A stretch of 64,000 bases of DNA from Camelus ferus (taxonomy: Eukaryota). Positions 51,209 through 63,070 of this stretch are shown piece by piece. The position numbers were made by a program, and so were the translations under genes. The notes beneath the pieces are model-generated. The model worked only from the letters and a program-made list of their open reading frames with translations, was not told the origin of the DNA and searched no databases. Numbering within the stretch: the first letter of the stretch is position 1; the number at the start of each line of letters is the position of its first letter. The stretch lies in NCBI RefSeq assembly GCF_009834535.1, contig NC_045707.1, forward strand, positions 60,018,001 through 60,082,000, read 5' to 3'.

Positions 51209-53125
51209 CTGAAAAACAACCAATTCCATGCACCTCAGGTCTGATTCCAAGAGAACCGGGTCCTCTCATCACTCCTCTGCAGAATAATGGATACAAGTCA
51301 TACAGACTTTAAGAATCTGGGTGCACATTTACTACGTAACTGAGAAATGAAAAAAAAAATTCAACAAACCTTGGCAATAATTTTGTCCAGGGCCCCACAT
51401 CCTGGTAACTTTATAGACGGTTATCCTTTTTCTAATACACTACAGAATTTGCAATCTCTGGGCCATCCCTACAAGGCTTCAGCTTTATTCTGAAAACAAG
51501 TTCCTCCTGCTGTTATGTATTATCTTCTTTAGTATTTAGAATGGATGCCATTCACTGTCCTCCTTCCAACTGTTCCTCATGACCTTCCAATTTGTATTCA
51601 AATCACCATTTATTTATCTACGTATGAAATAATTTTCAATTTCTCTTAATTTTTACTCATAGGTCCTATTTCCCAAACCATTAGTCATGTTCCAGATGTT
51701 TCCAACAAATATTGGAGAAGGGTTGCTCATGATTACTGTGTGCTGCATTCCTGTTTAAAACAGCCCTACTCCCAATTTAGTAGTTTGAAGAAGGTACAAG
51801 TAAAAATGAGTTTAATCAGGAGATAAGACATGTGTCTCTCAGGAATGGTTTCAATTAAAGTCAGGAAGAACTACCATTTCTAAATACCAATAAACGTTTA
51901 AAAAAAAGTTAAAAATGTTTAAAAAAGTTAAAAAAAATTTAAAAGGAAGCATCAAAAATCACAAGTTTACACCACCAGGAAGGGAACAGAATAAATGCAA
52001 ATGACCTAATTTGAACTGGTTCCTGTGAGCCGTATAATGGCAACTTTTAAAAGAGAGATGAGCCCAAAAAGAAATCCCCAGACTTCTAATCTAGAATTTG
52101 AAAGCATTTTTCATCACTGTTCTGGAAACTCCCATACTTAATGTGAACAAATCATTCCTGATTCTCTCTAAATACAATCAAACTCTGGAATCTTCTTTCT
52201 AAAAACGAGAGCGTTGAATTTATTTTTCGAAATAGTAAAGAAGGGAAAAAAAACTTCACAGAAAGAAGTTACAAAACTGGATGTAACTCAACAAGATGAC
52301 AGATTAGGTGGGGCAACGCTTACACTCCCTTCATGATTTTGTTCTTGCCTTATAAATCAAAACCGAGGATGCTAAGTGCCAGTGAGACACGTCCCACCTG
52401 GGAACTCTTCCTGCTTACAATACTACCACAACAATACAAGTTCTGCAATTACAATTTACATCACTGACAGCTCTGGAGATAATGCCAGAGCAAGATGCTA
52501 TAGCTCTTTCTTTAGACTTGGATTGCTTTTTGGATGCAATGTGTACTGACCTGTAAAAGAGGTAGGTATGAATCAAACACTGCAGCTGATGACAAATTCA
52601 GTCAGACTGTGCCATTTACACAACAAACGCTTTTCTGGACATCATGATGTTTTAATCTGAAACCAGTCCTGCATTTTCTAAAACTGACTACCATCTCCAA
52701 TTCTCATCCTTTTTTTTCTACACAGAAATGCTAACTGTTGTAAGTCACCCATTGAATGTCTAACTTGGGAGCATTCCTCTCATCTTGGTTGCATTCTCTC
52801 TATAGTTGTGGTCAGAATAACAAGACAGTAACAACTGGCAACCAGGAACTCTGAGGCCCCACTCCTGTACTTGCTCAAGTAGCAACAGTAATTACTCATT
52901 CACTCTCTCCCATTTCATTGCTGCGGTCCTCCTATGATGCTCTAGGTAAACTGAAGAATCCAGCTCGGTCTCTGCAGTAGGACTAATTGGGGAATCTTAT
53001 TTGGAAGAGGGAGGATGGGTGCTCACTCTCATCCTCAAAAGGCTACCCTTTTTCAAGAAAAGAAAGAAGAATTCTAGCAAAATTCAGTTAACTAGGGTTT
53101 CAGAAATGGCTTCAGAACTGATCCT

Positions 53126-53638
53126 TGTGGTGTATTTATACAATGGAATACTACTTGGCCATAAAAAATAAAATAATGCCATTTGCAGCAACATGGATGG
53201 ACCTAGAGATCATCATTCTAAGTGAAATAAGCCAGATAAAGAGAGAAAAATACCATATGGTATCACTTATATGAGGAATCTAAAAAAAAGAAAAAGGACA
53301 CTAATGAACTTAACTATAAAACAGAAACAGACTCGCAGACATAGTAAATGATTTTATGGCTCCTTGGGGAGAGGGGGTGGGAAGGGATAAATTTGAGAGT
53401 TTGAGATTTGCAAATGTTAGCCACGATATATAAAAATAGATTTAAAAAACAAGTTTCTTCTGTATAGCACAGGGAACTATATTCGGTGTCTTGTAATAGC
53501 CTTTAATGAAAAAGAATATGAACATGAATATATGTATGTATATGCATGACTGGGGCACTGTGCAGTACACCAGAAATTGACACATCATAACTGAGTGTAC
53601 TTCAATTTAAAAAAATTTTAAACAATAAAAACAAAACA
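53126..53638 (+). mobile_element. L1 3' end (young, camelid-like subfamily)
   Basis: ACAATGGAATACTAC...GCAACATGGATGGACCTAGAGATCATCATTCTAAGTGAA...GCATGACTGGGGCACTGTGC...CAGAAATTGACAC...CTTCAAT plus an A-rich tail. Confidence 0.95.
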
Positions 53639-54737
53639 ATAGATAGCAAGAAGACGCACAAATAGAGACAATTTCTGCTTTGATCAACTTTAGAAGTGAT
53701 CGAGTCCAGTGTCCTCATGTTGTAGATGTGAAAACAGAGTCCCAGAGGATAAACATGACGTGCCCAAAGTCACAGAGGGAGCTTCAAGCCAACCTCTTTA
53801 CCAGTTAGACAGTATACTACCAGGATGAAGACTGACTGCATTAAACCATCCCTAAGAACCTACCCCTGACTCTCCTGTCCTGAGCCTCTCTCTCAAACTT
53901 GGGCCATTTGGCATCCCCAGAACTTCTCTGAAGAAGACCCCACGAAAGCAGAAGCATGAAGGTGAACCCGTGCAGGTGAGAGGACCCTTCATGAACATAG
54001 AGGCTGGCCCAGAATTTTAATTTTTTTTTTTTTTTGGTCAAATTACAGAAAAGATCCAAGAACTGGACCACTTCTAAACAGAGCTTGAACTCAGAATCAA
54101 TCTTCCAGAAAAGCTTAAATGGGGCAGGGTGTTCCAAGAATCCATCCAGAAGGACAGAAAATGAATCTAGAGGCACTGTGGGCTGCTCCCCACAGGGAGG
54201 AACCATTTTCCACCTCTCCTCCTGCCTTCGGTCACGTCATCCACAGCTGACCTTATGTGGAGCCATGCCTGGAGCAGAGGGCCCGCATGTGCCATTGGTA
54301 TTCCAAGCCTGTGGGTCCCGAGTATTGTGTGCCGGCTCCATGCTAATCACCATGCTTTTGCAAACTGAGAAAGGCAAACTATAATTTGGAAATGGTTGCT
54401 GTTGTGTTTATTTGATTGTTTGTTTCCTCTCTGACTGCCCCTGCACATAGCAAATGCCTCCCATATTGTAGGCACTTGGTAAAGGCTCGTTGAAGAGTTA
54501 TTTCTTTTTTAATGTTATGTCCTCTTTGTGCTTGTAGGCCCTGTTTGGACGGCATCTGTAACTAGCTCTGTTAACATGTTTTTCATGATAAGCCCGTAAG
54601 AATTTTGGAAATAATCAAAGAGGATAACATTCCTCTTAAAATATTATTTCAGGATCGTTTATAACATCCAAAAAGAAAGCAAGACCTAAAAAACCTAATT
54701 AATCCTATGGAAATATTTTAAATATCAAATTCACTTT

Positions 54738-54907
54738 TTTTGTTTACTGAAGTATAGTCAGTTTACAATGTGCCAATTTCTGGTGTACAGCATAATGTTT
54801 CAGTCATACGTATACATACATATATTCCTTTTCCTATTTTTTCATTATAGGTTAAGAGATTTTGAGTATAGTTCCCTGTGCTACACAGTAGACAATAGTT
54901 GCTTAGA
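54738..54907 (-). mobile_element. Short L1 3' end, antisense, with 12-bp TSD
   Basis: TGAAGTATAGTCAGTTTACAATGTGCCAATTTCTGGTGTACAGCA...AGTTCCCTGTGCTACACAGTAG. CAAATTCACTTT flanks it at 54726-54737 and 54908-54919. Confidence 0.92.
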
Positions 54908-55893
54908 CAAATTCACTTTCGAGTCTAACCCAGAAAGCTGTGAGTCATAAGTCTATGAACACTGAATATACTCAAGCATGAAAGGAGAGAAGGAACATGC
55001 CCAAGGTTTTGTCTCAACAACAGGCACACCCTGCAGTGTTCCTCTCTTACACAATGTTCACACAACCGAGCAGAGATGAGGGTCCTCCCATTGCATTTTG
55101 GGTATTGAAGAACCAACATTGCCACTTTCCCAGCTCCTCAAGAATGTCATCTCGTAATAACAGATTATCAGACTTGGAGGGGAGCAAGCCAGCACTCTCA
55201 TTTTACAGATAATAAATAAATTCTCACGGCTCTCTTCTAATATGCAAGGTTTCACACGCCTGTGTACGGTCTCATATTCCCCCAGTCTTCCTCTTTATCA
55301 TGTCCTCATCTCCACCACATACAACTTTTTTCCAGCTGTCTTTTCTCCTCTAAAGTTATTTAAAACTTCAGAATAAATTAACTCTTTCCCACAACCCAAA
55401 CTACACCACAACCCTCTCCAAAGCCACCCACATAGTTCGCACACAATTTTAAGACTTTATTTCCATCCTCCAGCGGCGTGGATCAACGCACAACTCATCC
55501 CTCTGTTCAGCATCCTCATTCACTCATGGACCATGAATATGGGAAAAGCTCATCAATGCCAATAACGACAAAATTAGTATAATTAGAAAAAATGGTTTAC
55601 CCCATGGAGGAGACTCCAAGAAGCTACAAGATGGCAAGAAAGTGAGGCATTGCTATTTTAAAATTCTGGAAATGGATGTTGGTTGTCACTCTACAGAAAA
55701 AGTGGTTGGCTGGGAGACGTGACTTATGAGGTGCAAGGAAGACTTGTGTGTCTAAAACTATCTCACCCATCTGCTGAAAATTCTTCATTCCTCTGTAGCA
55801 CAACCCATGAGACTTAGAACCTTTAAGTCAGAAAGTTTTACTTTTAACAAAATGCCAATGCTAAGAGAAGCAATACAGTGACTCCTACGAATG

Positions 55894-56107
55894 ATAGTTG
55901 ACCCTGGAACCACGGAGGGGTTAGGAGCAATGACCCTCTGTACAGTCGAAAATCCATAGGTAACTTTACAGTTGGCCCTCCATGTCTGAGGTTCTGCATC
56001 CGCGGATTCAACCAACCACATGTAGACCTGTAACACATTTTTTTGTCTTAATTCTGCATGTAAGTGGACCCACAGAGTTCAAACCAGTGTGGGTCAAGGA
56101 TCAACCA
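55894..56107. mobile_element. Tigger-family MITE (MER8/Tigger2-like, TcMar)
   Basis: Degenerate TIRs AGTTGACCCTGGAAC ... GTCAAGGATCAAC. Internal GTTCTGCATCCGCGGATTCAACCAAC and TAAGTGGACCCACAGAGTTCAAACC. Confidence 0.85.
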
Positions 56108-56554
56108 TCTTTTTAATTTCAAAATAACTTAATCATCTGGCTCCTCTAACAATTAGCTGAGATCCAACTTCTATGGAACTCCTTATAAAGTGAGGACTGA
56201 CAATAAAATGTTTTGCATTATTGAGGATAAACAAGGAACAAGTTTGAAATTTTGGAAAGGGAGCATTAGGAGACAAGAGAAAAGAAAGCAGAAAGCAAGA
56301 GAGATGCCACTTGCCTCAGAATGTGGTTGAAAGCTTATCCTTCCCAAAAAAGAGCAGAAACACTACTTTTACTTTCTGCAGATCGTTGGGGCCCTTGAGA
56401 TACTGGTAATCATTGAGCACTTTTGAAATAGCTCTAATCCAAACCTCTGCACGCACATAAAGCACTTTAGTAATTCCTTCGACCTCAGCAAACGGGTGTT
56501 CTCAGAGGGTAAAGGAGCAAGCTGAGAGAATAAATGCAGGAAACAAACCTATAC

Positions 56555-56776
56555 CAGGAGCTCTCAATTAGGGGTGATTTTGTCCCCCTAGAGACATCAG
56601 AGAAACCTGGAGACATTTTTAGGAGTCACAACCAGGAGGGGAGGAATGCTCTGGCATCTAGTGGATGGGGCCAGGAATGCTGCTAAACACAGCATCCTTC
56701 AATACACAGGACAGCTACCCACAGTCAAGAACTATTCAGCCTACAACGCCAATGGTGCTAAGACTGAGAAAGTCTG
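56555..56776 (+). mobile_element. MER20 element
   Basis: GGGGTGATTTTGTCCCCC...CTGGAGACATTTTT...GTCACAAC...CTGGCATCTAGTGG...GGCCAGGAATGCTGCTAAACA...CACAGGACAG...TGAGAAA. Confidence 0.9.
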
Positions 56777-56931
56777 GTCTAGACTTCTGCAGAATATGAA
56801 AAGTGACTGCAGGACCAGCCACACAGGGTCTTTCATGGGGTCTGAAAAGGTCCTCCAGAGAAGATCACTTTGCTTATCTGCACAGCCCAGAAGGCCAATG
56901 TTTTCTCCAAAACTTGGTTAAGACAAATGTT

Positions 56932-57443
56932 ATGGAATACTACTCAGCCATAAAAAATAAAATAAAATAATGCCATTTGCAACAACATGGATGGACCCGG
57001 AGATGGTCATTCTAAGTGAAGTAAGCCAGAAAGAGAAAGAAAAATACCGTATGATATCACTTATATGTGGAATCTTAAAAAAAAAAAAAAAAAGACAAAT
57101 GAACTTATTTACAAAATAGAAACAGATTCACAGACATAAAAAACAAACTTATGGGTACCAGGGGGTAAGTGGGTGGGAAGGGATAAATAAATTCGGAGTT
57201 TCAGATTTGCAGATACTAACGACAATACATAAAATAGATAAACAACAAGTTCATACTGTATAGCAAAGGGAACTATATTCAATATCTTGTAGTAACTTAT
57301 GGTAAAAAAGAATATGAAAACGAATATATGTATATTCATGTATGACTGAAGCATTATGCTGTACACCTGAAATTGACACATTGTAAACTGACTATACTTC
57401 AATAAACAAATATATATATATATATATATACACACACACGAAT
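56932..57443 (+). mobile_element. L1 3' end (young) with 10-bp TSD and microsatellite tail
   Basis: ATGGAATACTACTCAGCCATAAAA...GTATGACTGAAGCATTATGCTGTACACCTGAAATTGACAC...CTTCAATAAA followed by (TA)n(CA)n. GACAAATGTT flanks it at 56922-56931 and 57444-57453. Confidence 0.95.
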
Positions 57444-57709
57444 GACAAATGTTGATCCTAGTGTGAAAGGTTCTAGTTGATATCCAAGGCTGCTCCCCTA
57501 ACTGGCCAAAGATCATGAGCACAAGTCAGGGCACTGGCACCCAATATGCAAAGCAATTTGATAAAGATGAAGAGTTGTGGGTTGGGGAGGTACCAAAATC
57601 TTAAGAACTGCAACCATATGGAGAGATGAAACAAAAGCAGACACGAGAACCTTGGGGTTTTCAGCCCATCCCATGAAAAGCACGGAAGCTCAAATGAACC
57701 CCGACAACA

Positions 57710-57945
57710 ATAATGAGGATAGTAGCCACTAGCGTTGATTCAAAACACCCTGTGTGCCAAAGACAAGCTAAATTCTTCACAGGCACAATCCTGTGTGGTT
57801 ATTATAGACTACCCATTTTTCAGTTAACAAAACTTAGGCTCAGAGAGGTAAGGTAATGATTAAAAAGAGCCAAATTGAGGAATCCAACCTACATGTGTGT
57901 GACTCGAGAGCCTACCTTTAACTGCTCGGTCACATCAACTTCCTA
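57710..57945 (-). mobile_element. MIR SINE
   Basis: CCCATTTTTCAG...AAACTTAGGCTCAGAGAGGTAAGGTAA...TGACTCGAGAGCC. Confidence 0.7.
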
Positions 57946-58584
57946 ATGAATCAGAGTACGGATCCCAGAGCAAGAGAAGAGCAAACATTCCTTTGTGTAG
58001 TCCTCAATTATCTGAGCATCTCCTAAGCTCAGAACACAGCAGTGAAGGGGACAGACAGGTGCCCTGATCTCTGACAACTAACAAACCAGAGAGGGACAGA
58101 AAATCTCCAGAATGAGACTCTCGGGGTTACCTGGAGTCTTTGATGATAAAGTTCACAAAGACGAAGCAGAAACAAAAGCTTTCTAGTTGTTCAAGAAATT
58201 CTGACTCCCTTAGTAACTAGGCCTGGCACAGAGCAGAGTTTAACCATGTGCCGAGTCCTCTCCTATCCCAAAAGCCAAAATTAAGCCTCACTCCCCTTTC
58301 CAGATAGAAGGCGCTCTCTTTCTCCCCTAAAGACCATTTGATGGCAAATTCCAAAAATTCTTTATAAAAACTTGCCACTTTCTACCCATCCAACTCTAGA
58401 AAAAAACAGCTTAGGGCCTTCTTGGCAAGAATACGACGTCCTCAGATCGCAGACTGCCGGCCACACAGAAAATGATGAGGCATCAAAATACTACAAAATA
58501 ACAAAGAAAAGAAGCCGCAGAAGCAGTTGTCTGATGAAACAGCTGCTGCCTGCGCATCAGTCTCATACATTATGAAGAACATGG

Positions 58585-58795
58585 GAGAGCAAGGCAAACC
58601 CCCTGGATTAGGACTCAAAAGGCTGTATTTCAAGTCACGGCTTTATCACTTACTGGTCGTGACACTGGGCCAGTAAATTAACCCTCCCAAAATACCATTT
58701 CCTTACACCTATTAAATGGGAAAAACAGCTGCCCTGCCTGCCTGACAGAGATGCCATAAATAATAATCCACGTGGAAAGGCACTGTCAACTGTCA
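58585..58795 (+). mobile_element. MIR SINE (degenerate)
   Basis: CACTTACTGGTCGTGACACTGGGCCAGTAAATTAACC...CATTTCCTTACACCTATTAAATGGG. Confidence 0.6.
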
Positions 58796-58980
58796 AGGTT
58801 ATCCGCCATGCAAGGTAGCCAATTTCATCCATCTCTAGTTGTTAGAGGCGAAACACGCGGTTAAAAACAGAGGAGCTTAGTAGCAAACACACCACAGCAC
58901 CCCCATCCGAGTGCCCCCATCACCGAGCGCCACGAGCAGCCGCGCGCGCCCTGTAGGGGCAGGATCTGACTGCGGCGATC

Positions 58981-58999
58981 TCTCCACAAGGTGGCGCTA
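58981..58999 (+). promoter_or_regulatory. CTCF binding motif
   Basis: TCTCCACAAGGTGGCGCTA matches the consensus TGGCCACCAGGGGGCGCTA at 15 of 19 positions. One difference is the tolerated G/T position and the GGCGCTA end is intact. It sits in a local CpG cluster (~58850-59010). Confidence 0.75.
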
Positions 59000-59524
59000 G
59001 AGTGTCCTCGTTTTCAGTTTCCATCTTCAGTGTTTTGCTTATAGACAAGGAACCAAATAGTTGATTTATTTATCATCGTGAACTCTCTCATGTTTCCCAT
59101 CTGAGCACATTTCTCATAGTTACATGGCACACATGTCCCACCCCCACCCCAGTACGTACACTGAGACTCTGATACGTGGAAGGACTCTACAAACTGCACC
59201 AGGGCAAGAGTTGTTTCTCCCGTCCGCATCCATGCTGCTACCACAAGTCAAGTTTATCTAACAGCAAAAAGCCTAAAAAACAAAAAATGTGGGTAGAAAA
59301 CGTAGCTGACATCTGTTCAAGTAGTACTGAAATATTCTGAATGAATGCCATACCTATCCCGTGATCAATGATACATTTATGTAGCTAAGGGCAGAGACTT
59401 AGTTGCTAGTATATCTGATTTGAAAAGTATCCACATAGCATGGTCCTTCCCAGTGAGGTGTGCTTTCTTCCCACTGCGAGTTCAACATGCCTATACCGGT
59501 GTCTGGAAGAAACGACTTCAATTA

Positions 59525-59780
59525 TGCAGCAGTGGTTAAAAGTACGGGCTCCATCAAACTAACTAGGTTCTTACGCACATTAGACCATGTGACCTTGAAC
59601 AAGTATCTGTGTGACCCGGACAAGTCACTTAAGTTTCTCACTGTCAGTTGCTTTATGTGTACAGTGAGGATAATAATAGCACCCATTTCCCACGGCCATC
59701 ATGAGGATTAAAGGAGATAACCCAGGTAAACTATGTATGTAACACTGTCTGACATTACACTACACATGCAGGAAATGCCA
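59525..59780 (+). mobile_element. MIR SINE
   Basis: GCAGTGGTTAAAAGTACGGGCTC...TGTGACCTTGAACAAG...AAGTCACTTAAG...GGATAATAATAGCACC...TGAGGATTAAA. The TGTGACC...ACAAGT segment is duplicated. Confidence 0.85.
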
Positions 59781-62700
59781 GCAGCTACTTAATATGACTG
59801 AATGACCGTCAGCTGAGTGATATGTAAGTTCTTACTTTTTCCAAGAAGGTAGATGATCTAAAAGAACTCATAATCCCCCCTCTACCCAAATCCACTTTAA
59901 TATCTAAGCACAGATTCAAACTGTGAGCACCTGAGGGTAAATTTCCAAAAAGCATGGCATCTGAACACACTAGCAGCAATGTATTAGGTGTAAAAGTGAC
60001 CAGTCCATAGAAACCAAACCTCAGCCAGGCAGGCTCTCAGGTTAAGCAGGATCTGGGGAGCCGTTGCTGCCAGGACTGAGTTCCTAGCAGCCTTCATATT
60101 AATGCAGAAAAGGCCTAACAGGTGAGGATGGAAGACCAAGGAAAGGCTGGGCCACTGACAACAAAGCGGGCCACTCTCAGGAACAACGAGGGTCAGACAC
60201 AGACAATAGGACCCACGGGGCAAATTCCCAAGGGGATGCATAGGGGATATTGAAGAGACAAGAAAACCAATAAGGTCATGAAAGAGCAAATGGATTTGAT
60301 AGAGGTTTAAAGAAATCAAAATGACCTTATTTAACAGCAAAGTATTAAAAAGATGCTGGAGACAGACAGAAGATGGAAGCCTTGGGCTGGAACCCCAGCC
60401 CACATTTCCTGTCCATCCAGACGTCCCTTGTTACCTTCTCATAGCACAAGCTAGTCAGTTCTGCTACAGCTCTTGCTTTGCAAACACGAATTTGTTCCCA
60501 CATGATTGACTCTATCAGGAAACCATTTAAGCATAAGCAAACCTCACGTCTGTTTATGTGCAATGTCATGTCTGGGAAAGACTAGTGCACCAAGAGGCCA
60601 GCACCCAGGTGAACTGAGCCAGGTAGGAAAAAAAACAAACAAAAACATGCACCCCACACACTCCAACAATCTACCAGCTCCATTAGCTCCTGTTTTAGGA
60701 GCCACACCATCCACATCTGGTGTTCACAATTTTCACTCCCATTTCAGATAATCTTCCTGGCCGCCCCTCCCCAGTAATTCACAAGCTACAACTCTTCTGA
60801 CACCAACTTCCACCAGGTAAATGTTAGATTCTTTTCAAGGAAATGTGCCACATTTGTTGTAGCATTTCTGTATCTCTCAACCTTTTAACATATGTAAAAC
60901 TGTGCTATCATGTCTATTAGGTTTCTATCTTTTTTTAAGTCACTTACGAAGCCTTTGAATGCTTTGCCCTGACCCTGGTTTTTCCATAAGCCCTGTAGAT
61001 TTTTGCTGTGCATTTTGCAATAGTGATTTTGAGGAATGCCCGTTTACATTATCGCAGACCCGACTGTATTCGGTGTGACCACTACACTCTGATGTCTTAC
61101 ACAACTGTGTAAGACTGTTCCCAATGGCAAGATTTCCACCACGCATCTGAGGCGTATGCTTACTCTTTTCTAGTTAAATCCTACTTTCCCTTAAGATTTA
61201 GCTCATCCAGAGAGCTTTCCACGACTGGCTAGCCTGCCTACTGATGGATGTGCTCTTTCTCTGAGCTCTTAACAGTGCTTTCTATGAACGGTTCTATCAC
61301 TACCCTTACCGTGAGGTACAAAAACTGTACCTTTACAGGTATCTCCACCACTGTCTTCAAGCTCAAAGGCATGTACCCAACTTACGTATTTGGGCATCTT
61401 CCACAAGGCATAGCAATAAATGTTTGCTGAGGTAAACAGGACACAGCAAAGCACTGTCAAGCTTAACAACCCATCTGATACCTCACAGCTCAGCCACAGT
61501 ATCTATACAGAATCTCAGGAAGGAAAACAAAACCTCAAGGCAACAAGGATCATTCTTAACAAGCTGAGGGTGTTCAAAGCTGCCAGACCAATTAAAACAA
61601 AAAAGGTGTAAAATTAAGGGGACTCAAGAGGAAAAGTCCACAGCAAAGGAGACACCGAAGAATATTATATGTCTATCTAGAGGGAAAGTGTCGGAAAATA
61701 TGTTTACAAGCAGATTGTGAGTTTCATATATGGGAAAGAATGAGACTGCCTTGCAACTGCGAGGTGACCTTTTGCCAAAGTTTTTCTAACTGCTACACAA
61801 TGTTTTCCCCTTACTAAGCTTCCTTTTTATCTTGTAAGTAAGACTTTCCATATATGTTGCGGGAAGGGCATTTCAGGGAAGACTTACTTTGACATGGGCT
61901 ATGTTTAAGCCAACCAAAGGGTGTATTTCCTGGTCTTCCCTGAATGGAGACTGAAATGAGACATCATAATTTCCTTTTAGTTTGGGCAATGTACATAATG
62001 AGACAGATTAATGTTAAAAGCTTTATCATAGGTTTGGAATCCACATATATAGCAAAGCACTCAGAAAAGAACCTAACCTAGTGACTTCGAAGAACTTTTG
62101 TAGAGACGAGAATCAACGTCCAGTTTTACCAGATGAAGATCACCCCTTATACTGCTTTTAAAAGCTGCACACTGCATGCAACGCAACAATTGTCCTTGAA
62201 CCTGAGAGTCACTCCCTGCTCGAATGCGAACAGGGATAAGACGATGACAATGCAGAAGCTGAATTAAATGCACTTCAAGCCTTTCATTCTATTAGTAAAT
62301 GAAAGAAAAATTTTCCTCCAATTGGTAAGAAATGAAACAGGGAAGAGCAGAAGGTCAAAGAGCATCACAAAGCAGTGTTATTAACCAGGGGAGACCCTCC
62401 TTTCACAAAATGTAGTGAGTCCAAGCCTAAAGAAAAAGGCACCCCAGAAAAACACTGAAGTACATAAATCACACGGAGGAGAGAGCAAACAAATCCAGAC
62501 TGTGATACAAGCTTTACTTATAAAGCCTGTTGAAGATGAGATGATCTCAGAAAGGCTTCCACAGGCTACCACTGGACTAGGAAACCTCAAGGGTGATTTA
62601 AATTAATTTACGTGATTACTAATTGTGATAAAGGAATGAGTATGTCAGAGGGGATGAAAATGTCCCCTTGGAGATGGAGCAAGACGAAAAATTCAATGAC

Positions 62701-62859
62701 GAAGTGAATGTAGAAATTGCTACCAAAACCAGATTTCTGTAAATTTATAGATACCCCACCAAGCAACCTTCAGTGGCTGTGCAGATCTTTGTCAAAACCC
62801 CTAATCAATTCCTACTTCTGTTATTCTCTGATGCCACAGTGGTGCTCATTTTGAATGAC

Positions 62860-63070
62860 TTCTAATATCACCTGAGTACTTTTCCCATGCCAGGTACAGT
62901 TTTAAGTACTTTATGTATATAAACTTATTTAACTCTTCCAGAAAGTGATTATTACTGTTCCCATTTTACACACAAGGAAACCGGGGCGCAGACAGGTGAA
63001 GCGACTTAGCGAGGATACACATGGCCAGAATCTGAACCCCAATAATCTTGACCTAAAGTCTACACCACCA
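62860..63070 (-). mobile_element. MIR SINE
   Basis: ATGCCAGGTACAGTTTTAAGTACTTTA...CCCATTTTACACACAAGGAAACCGGGGCGCAGACAGGTGAAGCGACTT...TGAACCC. Confidence 0.85.

Noticed and set aside
58960..58980. TGCGGCGATC as a possible CTCF upstream (U) motif
   Set aside because: Its spacing to the core looks shorter than the canonical arrangement as I recall it, and the match is weak.
60940..61146. 68-aa minus-strand ORF ending near a GTAAGT donor-like site
   Set aside because: There is no pyrimidine tract at the putative acceptor and the peptide is not recognised.
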